The position numbers were made by a program, and so were the translations under genes. From a virus, in the IMG/VR virus record IMGVR_UViG_3300006945_000003: a stretch of DNA of 39,797 bases. One strand, written 5' to 3'. This document shows, in pieces, positions 1 through 6,759 of this stretch. The notes under the pieces were generated by a model. It worked only from the letters and a program-made list of their open reading frames with translations. It did no database searches and was not told the origin of the DNA. Numbering within the stretch: position 1 is the stretch's first letter; the number at the start of each line of letters is the position of its first letter.

Positions 1-123
1 ACGGGTGCGTCGTCGACGCTCGGGAGGCTCATCACGATCTGTGCTGCCTCGCAGGCCAGGAACACGATCCCGAGCAGTAGGGCTGCGGTGACGAGCGTGG
101 GAACGAGACGCCTCATGTTATGC
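1..123. repeat. Left copy of 123-bp terminal direct repeat (circular-assembly overlap or true DTR)
   Basis: Read by eye: 1-123 is identical to 39675-39797. It duplicates the first 116 nt of the minus-strand CDS that starts at 39790. Confidence 0.95.
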
Positions 124-133
124 TCCCCTCGCA

Positions 134-2620
134 TCACACGTGGCGCACGAGCTGCGCCCAGAGTTGCGGGTCCTCGAGGCCGACTGCCCACATCGCGACC
201 CCACGGCAGCGATAATCATAGGCAGCGATGTCGCTCAGCCGCAGCACCGTCTCCGCGTCAGGGAAGATCGCGATCGAGAAGCCGTCCGCATCCCCGAGAT
301 AGAGGCGCGACAACCACACACCAGCATCCCGGTACCTGATGATGACCGGGTAATCTCCCGGACCGGCCAGCTGGAAGCTCGGGGTATGCACGTAGTCCCA
401 GTCCAGGCTGATCGTCACTGGCATGCCGTCCGCTGGTGGTTGCCGGGTTTCTTCCTCTTCACCATCTGGAATCGCGAAGTACTCCCACCGCGGGTCCCAG
501 GTCACTCCATCCCTGGGTATGCGCCCGAGCGTCACCTCGCTCCCTCCCGGCAAAACGACGTCGACGGCTTCCATCGGCATTCGCCAGGTACTGTCGCGCA
601 CCTCGAACAGGTGCACAGCCACCGCACCCTGTGAACGCACGCCAGGAGCGCCGCTCGGCGCGCTTCCGAGAGAGACCTCGAGGACCCGCTCGCGGTCGAG
701 AAATGCGTTCACCGTGTCCCTGCGCACGCGCAACGCGAGGCGGTACCGGGCACCAGTCACGACTTCTCTCGATTGCGCAGCGAGAAGCGTCGTCCCTCGA
801 TAGAGCTCAACACGTCCCGTTGCTGGGTTGAGTGCGAGCCAGACCTCACCGAAAGAGACTCCCGCAGGTGCCGTGCCCACGAGCTCGAGGTCCGCTCGCA
901 CCACGACTCCCTCGAACCCGTCATAGGCGAGCTCGACGATTCCCTGTCCTTCGAGCCAGCGCTCGAGGTCTCCCGTGACTTGCCAGTCACCGTCGACGAC
1001 ACGGTAGTACGGTTCTGGCGGAGGAGCTGCGGGGGACCAGGCGCGAAAGTCGTCGTACCACATGGGGGCATAGTCCGGGTCGCGGCGGAGGAGCTCGAGC
1101 GTCAGGATGAACCGGCCACCGTGCGGCCAGGCGCGTCGCCGCTGCACGTCGAGAAACGGCCGTGGCCGCAGCGTGAAGCGGGCCTCTCCACCGTAGAACT
1201 CCTCGCTGAACGCCGAGCACACCCGGACACGGTACAGCCTCGTGCCGTACTGGCTGCCAGCACCGAGGAGCGTGAGCGTGTGCGACCCGCCAGTGACCGT
1301 CCCAAGCTTCCACCAGTGCCGCTGGCGGTGATAGGGATACCACTGGGGGACATTGCCTACAGTGAGGGGAATGCCGTCGAGCTCGAAGGCGAGCCGCTGG
1401 CGATCCCAGAACGGGAACTCGACGTTCACAACCACATCCCACGTCCCGCTGGGGACGTCGAACGCATAGGTCACGATGCAGTCTTCCTCGAAAACGTCCC
1501 GCTCCTCGTCGATAACGGGGCGGCGGGGTGCGATCATGCCTGTTTCTGGGTCGGCGGTGAATGCTCCTGAAGCCTCCGTGTAATCCGTCCCAGCAAGGTC
1601 GACAGCGATCGTTCCAAACGACGCGCGCTGGGTTTTCTGGTAGCACGTCAAGAACGGGCGATCCCAGTTCTCGAGATGCACCGGTGGCGTTTCCCGCGCA
1701 TCTTCCTCCCCCGCTCCCGGGTAGTCGTAGATATGCAGGTGCAAGCGGTGCACGAAGTCGCGCTCGTCGTAGAAGCTGGCGAATGGCACGTACCGCTGCG
1801 TCTCGCGTCCCGACCGGTACTGGTCGGTGTGCGAGAGCTTCCCGGCCATCCACCAGAGGAACGACTCGAAGCCTGCGCCGACACCACGATAGGGCCCGGT
1901 TGGAAAGACGCCAGGCTGGCCCGGATAGCCGTAGAGTTGCCAGCGGTACCCGTACTGCGGCACTCCCATGAAGAGCTGGCGCTCGGCATCGAATGCACGT
2001 GCAGCGTACTCCATGACCCGCCGTACCCACGCGACAGGAGACGTCGCTCCCGGTGAGGAGCCGGACCAGGCGTAGCCATACGTCATCACTACCACCGTGT
2101 CAGCAAGATCGCGCAACCGCTCGTACTCGCACCACTGCTCAGGACCGATCGTCTGTCCGGGGCCATCCATGGGCGGGAGATCGAGGTGCACGTGACGCTG
2201 CGCGCCACGGCCTCTGACCTCCCGAGAGATCCGGGCATACAGGGCATAGATCTCGTCCTTCAGGTCGTTTGGCCCGCGCTCCAGGTCGATGTCGACTCCT
2301 GACGCCCACCAGTAGCGATTGAGGATGCGGTGGATCTCACTGATAAAGCGATCTTGCGCCACCCGGTCGATGAGGAGCGCTCTCCAGATCGACTCGATGC
2401 CGTCGTTTCGGATCGTGAGAAGCCAGGTGATATGTGGCCAGGCTGCTGCGACCTCGGCGGTGCTCGCCGGCAGCTCGCCAGTGATCCGGCCCGTCGCGTC
2501 CACCTGGAAGAAGAACAGCCCGACATGCGTCACCCGGTCGCCGTGCTGCCGGATTGTCTCGAGCCCCCGCTCGTCCCGAACCCAGGTGAAGAACTCGCGA
2601 TGCCGTCGCTCGAGGATCAC
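134..2620 (-). CDS. Tail-associated glycoside hydrolase family 18-like protein (probable tail fibre/depolymerase)
   Basis: 828-aa ORF and the last gene of the tail module. Its GTG start overlaps the upstream stop (GTGA). The N-terminal ~330 aa carry GH18 signatures: SGVDIDLE (DxDxE catalytic motif) and VVVMTYGYAW (MxYD-type motif). The C-terminal ~500 aa are beta-rich with no motif I recognise. Confidence 0.7.
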   Translation of the reverse strand: MILERRHREFFTWVRDERGLETIRQHGDRVTHVGLFFFQVDATGRITGELPASTAEVAAAWPHITWLLTIRNDGIESIWRALLIDRVAQDRFISEIHRILNRYWWASGVDIDLERGPNDLKDEIYALYARISREVRGRGAQRHVHLDLPPMDGPGQTIGPEQWCEYERLRDLADTVVVMTYGYAWSGSSPGATSPVAWVRRVMEYAARAFDAERQLFMGVPQYGYRWQLYGYPGQPGVFPTGPYRGVGAGFESFLWWMAGKLSHTDQYRSGRETQRYVPFASFYDERDFVHRLHLHIYDYPGAGEEDARETPPVHLENWDRPFLTCYQKTQRASFGTIAVDLAGTDYTEASGAFTADPETGMIAPRRPVIDEERDVFEEDCIVTYAFDVPSGTWDVVVNVEFPFWDRQRLAFELDGIPLTVGNVPQWYPYHRQRHWWKLGTVTGGSHTLTLLGAGSQYGTRLYRVRVCSAFSEEFYGGEARFTLRPRPFLDVQRRRAWPHGGRFILTLELLRRDPDYAPMWYDDFRAWSPAAPPPEPYYRVVDGDWQVTGDLERWLEGQGIVELAYDGFEGVVVRADLELVGTAPAGVSFGEVWLALNPATGRVELYRGTTLLAAQSREVVTGARYRLALRVRRDTVNAFLDRERVLEVSLGSAPSGAPGVRSQGAVAVHLFEVRDSTWRMPMEAVDVVLPGGSEVTLGRIPRDGVTWDPRWEYFAIPDGEEEETRQPPADGMPVTISLDWDYVHTPSFQLAGPGDYPVIIRYRDAGVWLSRLYLGDADGFSIAIFPDAETVLRLSDIAAYDYRCRGVAMWAVGLEDPQLWAQLVRHV

Positions 2621-3333
2621 AGCTGCTGCCCCCCGTGGGCAAGGAGCCAGGTATCGACCTCGAGGAGCACGACGCCGGAGCCAACCAGACTACCTTCTGC
2701 CTCGTCGCCGTCAACCATTTCGATGATGAACCGCCCGAATCCAGGAGCGCAGATCGGCCACCCAGTCCGGATCGCGTCGACCCGTGCCCCGTTCAGGTAG
2801 GCGGCGCGCTCGGTCGAACGGAGAGAGAGCTCGTCGCCCGCTCGAAGGCCTATCGGAACGACGAGCTCACGTGTCCGGTACTGGTGCGCGATCCGGAGTG
2901 CGCCAGGCGGGAGTGGCTGGGCCGGGAGAACGGTGACGTCGAGCGCTCCTGGTACCCGGCGCCAGAGCGCCGGGTCATCCGCGACAGGAGCGCGATTCGG
3001 GACAGCAATGACCTGACGGCCACGCACTACGCAGTTGTAGTGCCTCTGCGTCAACACGTGCCAGGTCACACGTGTGTTGTAACGGGCTCGATTGAGCTGG
3101 ACGCCCCGGTTATACGCGAGTGGGACTGCCAGCCGCTCGCGCTCGAGGATCTCCCGCTCGTGAACGACGTGGCCAGTAGGCCAGCTGCCGTCCTGGAGCT
3201 GCGCGTCGGTGACCCACGCTGTCCCACTCGCGTCATTGACGACGAAGCGCACCGTCACCGCCCGGACGCGCTTGCCGGGCTCGGGGGCAACGGTACCGGT
3301 GAGGCGCCGCCAGGCCAGCGTGCTAGGAGCCAT
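2617..3333 (-). CDS. Tail/baseplate protein of unknown function, with an N-terminal copy of the upstream 64-aa module
   Basis: 239 aa from the internal ATG at 3333. The 275-aa track ORF start at 3444 lies inside the preceding ORF in another frame. The first ~50 aa are ~45% identical to the 64-aa ORF. The C-terminal part (GDELSLRSTERAAYLNGARVD...) resembles the C-terminal segment of Sipho_tail/Dit proteins. The stop overlaps the GH18 gene start. Confidence 0.55.
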   Translation of the reverse strand: MAPSTLAWRRLTGTVAPEPGKRVRAVTVRFVVNDASGTAWVTDAQLQDGSWPTGHVVHEREILERERLAVPLAYNRGVQLNRARYNTRVTWHVLTQRHYNCVVRGRQVIAVPNRAPVADDPALWRRVPGALDVTVLPAQPLPPGALRIAHQYRTRELVVPIGLRAGDELSLRSTERAAYLNGARVDAIRTGWPICAPGFGRFIIEMVDGDEAEGSLVGSGVVLLEVDTWLLAHGGQQL

Positions 3334-3517
3334 CGAATGACCACCGGATCTCCGAAGGGTGCCCAGCCCACAAGGTCGCGAGACGCCCACCCTGGAGCAT
3401 GACGTCGGTGATCCATATCGTTCCCTGCACGTCGACAGCGACAAATCGCACGGTGATCGAGCGCACCCGCCGCTTCCTCGGCTGGAACGTGAACACGACC
3501 CTGCGGAAACTCGCCAT
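3323..3517 (-). CDS. 64-aa ORF in frame with Tal, separated only by TGA-TGG-GCC; possible readthrough extension or split gene fragment
   Basis: It shares the reading frame of 3524-4909. The minus strand reads ...CTG CTC GGG TGA TGG GCC ATG GCG AGT.... The sequence (VRSITVRFVAVDVQGTIWITDVMLQGG) looks like the terminal strands of a carbohydrate-binding jelly-roll. Confidence 0.5.
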   Translation of the reverse strand: MASFRRVVFTFQPRKRRVRSITVRFVAVDVQGTIWITDVMLQGGRLATLWAGHPSEIRWSFDGS

Positions 3518-3523
3518 GGCCCA

Positions 3524-4909
3524 TCACCCGAGCAGCGAGAGGAAGTGCGTCGAGGCCGTGTCGTCGTCGTACTCGATCACGACCTCGACGCCGACCCGTG
3601 CATTTGGCCCCGGGTCGAGCCCTTGCGATGCGAACTGGAAACTCAAGGTGTAGGACTCCCGGTGCGCGGGAAACACCTGCTGGCTGAGCGTTTTCGCGAC
3701 CCCTCGCGCGCCGGTGCACCGGAACGACGCTCGTCCCGATACCCCGTTCTCGCTGTCGATTTCCCAGCCGTTGTTGATCCAGTGCGCGAACCCGAGATCG
3801 GCCCGTGAGTTGATCAAGTAGTTGAACACCATGAGCTCGCGCATGTCTCCCCGATCGACGACGTCTGCTTGTTCCAGGATCGCCGTCGTGTCGTCGAGAC
3901 GCGCGAGAAGCTCGTCGATGCCCGGCGTTGCAGTGGCGAGCTCGAGCTCGGTCTGTTCGGGACGGTCGACCAGATAGCGCCAGCGCACGACCCGGGTACG
4001 GGTATCGAGCCCGAGATCGTCGTCGTACACCCACACGGTGTCTCCGAGGCGGATCGCCTCATGCTCGATCCCGGCGAGGGCTGAGAGGTCGGCTGCACGG
4101 ATCCGGTAACGGACACGTGGCTTCGAGATCTCGGCCAGGACGGCTTCGGCGAACTCCTTGAGGTGCCATGGATTCGTGAAACGCTCGTCCCGCAGGATCG
4201 CGACCCGGAGACGGCTCGTCCACTGGAAGTTTTCGACGTACGGCACCCCGTCGTTGGCTGCCTCGATCGTCATGCCTCCCTTCCCAAACGGGTAGAGGCG
4301 GGTGACGAGCTCGCTCGAATCGACCTCGCGCTCGACGGAAACGATGTTCTTCCGGTAGGCAAAAGCAGCGACTGGTTCGGCACGGCCCTGTTGCCTGAGA
4401 AGGTGGACACGTCGCGAGACGGTATCGAATACGAGCTCGCCACGGTAGACGGCCTGGACGTGCCGCAGCGCGCGGAGGCGGTTGAGCGCATCCCCTGCAA
4501 GCTCGAGGTTCCGCGTCACGGTGATGTCGACATCACCAGTGCGCCACCCAGTGCCGTCGAGGATGTAGTCGATCACTGCTCCCGCAGGGGCATCGGTGAA
4601 GCTCATCGGTTCGATCGGGTCGAGAAACGCGAGATCGTACCAGGCCGCCTCGCTGTAGACCTCAACGACGCTCGTCCCGTCCTTATCGCGCCGGGTCACG
4701 ATCCGCCGGATCACGAACCGCATGCCCGCGAGCTCGAGCTCGCGCTCGACGTCGAGCACAGCCAGGGCTTGGTCGCGAGGAGACGGAAACGCAAACCGGA
4801 GCGTCTCGGCGCCGTTGATTTCCTGCTCGAGCTCGATATCGAAAGCGTTTCGCAAGACGAGGCGATACTCTCCCTGAACGAGAGCAGGTTTCGCATACGC
4901 GAGGCGCAT
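3524..4909 (-). CDS. Tail-associated lysin-like/Tal (phage minor structural protein, Prophage_tail-type N-terminus)
   Basis: 461 aa. The N-terminus (MRLAYAKPALVQGEYRLVLRNAFDIELEQEINGAETLRFAFP) is typical of siphovirus Tal proteins. It sits downstream of the tape measure and Dit. The C-terminal ~90 aa (FAHWINNGWEIDSENGVSGRASFRCTG...) look like the first strands of a CBM-like beta-sandwich. It ends at TGA 3524-3526. Confidence 0.7.
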   Translation of the reverse strand: MRLAYAKPALVQGEYRLVLRNAFDIELEQEINGAETLRFAFPSPRDQALAVLDVERELELAGMRFVIRRIVTRRDKDGTSVVEVYSEAAWYDLAFLDPIEPMSFTDAPAGAVIDYILDGTGWRTGDVDITVTRNLELAGDALNRLRALRHVQAVYRGELVFDTVSRRVHLLRQQGRAEPVAAFAYRKNIVSVEREVDSSELVTRLYPFGKGGMTIEAANDGVPYVENFQWTSRLRVAILRDERFTNPWHLKEFAEAVLAEISKPRVRYRIRAADLSALAGIEHEAIRLGDTVWVYDDDLGLDTRTRVVRWRYLVDRPEQTELELATATPGIDELLARLDDTTAILEQADVVDRGDMRELMVFNYLINSRADLGFAHWINNGWEIDSENGVSGRASFRCTGARGVAKTLSQQVFPAHRESYTLSFQFASQGLDPGPNARVGVEVVIEYDDDTASTHFLSLLG

Positions 4910-4924
4910 GCCGAGCCTCCGTTC

Positions 4925-5878
4925 CTATGACGCTGCGCGTCGCAAGAAGACCGAGGGGCGTCCGCCGAAGAGCGGGGTGCCCCCGGCCGGGAAGGTCGCC
5001 GGGAGTGGGCCGAACGTGTAGCTTGCGCGCCATCCGGTGCAAGGTGCTCCGGTCAGGGTGTCATCAAGGCCGAACGAGAGGATAGCCGAACCAGGGTAGC
5101 CGAGGAGCTGCGGGGTCCCGTTCTGAACCCTGGCCAGCCAGTACAGCCCGCGCTCGAGGGTGACGTCGATCGTGAGCTGCCGGACGCCGGTGCCGTCGGT
5201 CGCGACGGTACCGGCGTCGAGGACGAGCTGCCCTGGATAGAGCGAGCCGTTGTCGCGATAGATCCCGAGGCGTGCCTGGGTCCCCGCTGCATCTGCTGTC
5301 GAGACGTTGATCGCGATCCGGTCGAATCTCGTCTGCGTGAGCACGAGGAAGGGAACCACGTCGAGCACGTTGGCGAGCGTCGCCGATGGGGCGAGGTCGC
5401 TCGATGTCACGTTGTTGGCCCGCCACAACCCTGGCCGGTGAAGGATCAGGTGGCCGAGCAGCCAGTCGAGAGCGGGCTCGATCCAGGAGAGTGCCTCGTC
5501 ATACTGTCCAAGCCGCGCCGAGGCAGCTTTGACATAGGTCACGTCTGCAGTGATGACGGCTTCCGCTCCTTGTGGCTCGTGAAAGATGACTGCTCCATAC
5601 GCAGGATAGATGTCGTATTCGTCCTGGGGAACGACGTCCCCGTCGCGATAGACCACTGGGGCAGGATCCTCGAGCCAGTTGCGGACGCTTCCCTCATAGA
5701 TGCGGTAGTGCAGTGAGGGATCATCCTGATCCGCTACTGGCGTCAATACAAGCCCAGAGACGGTCTCGGTTTCGAGGTCGAGGATCTCCTCGAGCTTGTT
5801 GACCGCGTGTTGCAGGCCCGAGATATGCGCCGACAGGATCTCGACCGAGCCGAGATCGTGGAACGGCGTCTTGACCAT
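4925..5878 (-). CDS. Tail/baseplate structural protein, unknown family
   Basis: 317 aa from ATG 5878, with RBS GAGGAGAGGGG upstream. The track ORF start at 5950 overlaps Dit. It lies between Dit and Tal. The N-terminus has coiled-coil character and the C-terminal half is beta-rich. Confidence 0.6.
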   Translation of the reverse strand: MVKTPFHDLGSVEILSAHISGLQHAVNKLEEILDLETETVSGLVLTPVADQDDPSLHYRIYEGSVRNWLEDPAPVVYRDGDVVPQDEYDIYPAYGAVIFHEPQGAEAVITADVTYVKAASARLGQYDEALSWIEPALDWLLGHLILHRPGLWRANNVTSSDLAPSATLANVLDVVPFLVLTQTRFDRIAINVSTADAAGTQARLGIYRDNGSLYPGQLVLDAGTVATDGTGVRQLTIDVTLERGLYWLARVQNGTPQLLGYPGSAILSFGLDDTLTGAPCTGWRASYTFGPLPATFPAGGTPLFGGRPSVFLRRAAS

Positions 5879-5897
5879 CGTTTCCCCTCTCCTCGAA

Positions 5898-6758
5898 TTA
5901 GAACCAGCGGCTACGGCACGCGACCTCGATCTGGTAGACGCGGGCAGCACCGGTTGTCACGACCGCGAGCGAGTTCTCGCCTGGAACCGTCACGGGAACC
6001 GCGAGCGTGCTCAGCCCGGCGAGCGATGGGAGCCGTCCGGACGGGCTCTCGCGGTAGGCGGTCAGGTGGTCACCGTCGATCACCAGCCGCTCACCAGGGC
6101 TGAGCGGTCCCCGGTAGGTGACCGTTGCCCCGTTGAGTGCGACCGTGACCGCTCCCCGCCCTTCTTCGATACGTCCCTCGATCGTGATCAGTGGAGGTGA
6201 TGGGGCAGTACCGCGACGCGTGAAGGTGCGGGTCACGAGCTGTCCGGTACTCAGCTGGTTGTATCGCCCGCGAGCGCCCTGGTTGTATGCTGCCGCGGAG
6301 TTATATCGTGGCCGGCCCTCATAGAGCTCGGCGAGCGTGATGGTGAGCACGTCATCCTCGACCGCGTAAGCGAACGGATCAGGGCACTCGAACACCACCG
6401 TGACCGCGACGAAGTCGGGCGCCAGGCGCTCCGGGGGATCGACGCTTGCGACCCGTGCCAGCCAGTAGCGCTCGGGATCGATATCGAACGCCAGCGGCGC
6501 GACACCGCGTGTCGGGGCGAGCCAGTCTGCGAGCTGGTAGAGCTGGTCGACGAGCTCTTCCGGCTCCTGATGCTCGATCCCGAGCGTGACGGTGAACCGC
6601 CGTGGCTCGAGCTCTGCACGGTAGAACCAGCTTCCATGCCGCCCGGTGACCGTGAGGGTCGCTACCCTGGCCGCTGGGAGCGGCTCGCGCTCGACCCGGA
6701 GCACGATGATCCCGAACTCGCTCGAATGCCGGCCAGCGAACTCGAGCCCCGGAAGCAC
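5898..6758 (-). CDS. Distal tail protein (Dit, Sipho_tail family)
   Basis: GTG at 6758 sits 1 nt after the tape-measure TGA and is preceded by GGAGGTG. The N-terminus LPGLEFAGRHSSEFGIIVLRVEREPLP and the C-terminus GERLVIDGDHLTAY...PGENSL fit the Dit pattern. It is immediately downstream of the tape measure. Confidence 0.75.
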   Translation of the reverse strand: MLPGLEFAGRHSSEFGIIVLRVEREPLPAARVATLTVTGRHGSWFYRAELEPRRFTVTLGIEHQEPEELVDQLYQLADWLAPTRGVAPLAFDIDPERYWLARVASVDPPERLAPDFVAVTVVFECPDPFAYAVEDDVLTITLAELYEGRPRYNSAAAYNQGARGRYNQLSTGQLVTRTFTRRGTAPSPPLITIEGRIEEGRGAVTVALNGATVTYRGPLSPGERLVIDGDHLTAYRESPSGRLPSLAGLSTLAVPVTVPGENSLAVVTTGAARVYQIEVACRSRWF

Positions 6759-6759
6759 G

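Noticed and set aside
3524-3526. Genome-wide TGA reassignment (alternative genetic code) as the explanation for the in-frame TGA in Tal
   Set aside because: terS, the major capsid, the portal, the tape measure, the RHH gene and others terminate at TGA in tightly coupled junctions (ATGA/GTGA). TGA therefore clearly functions as a stop in this genome.
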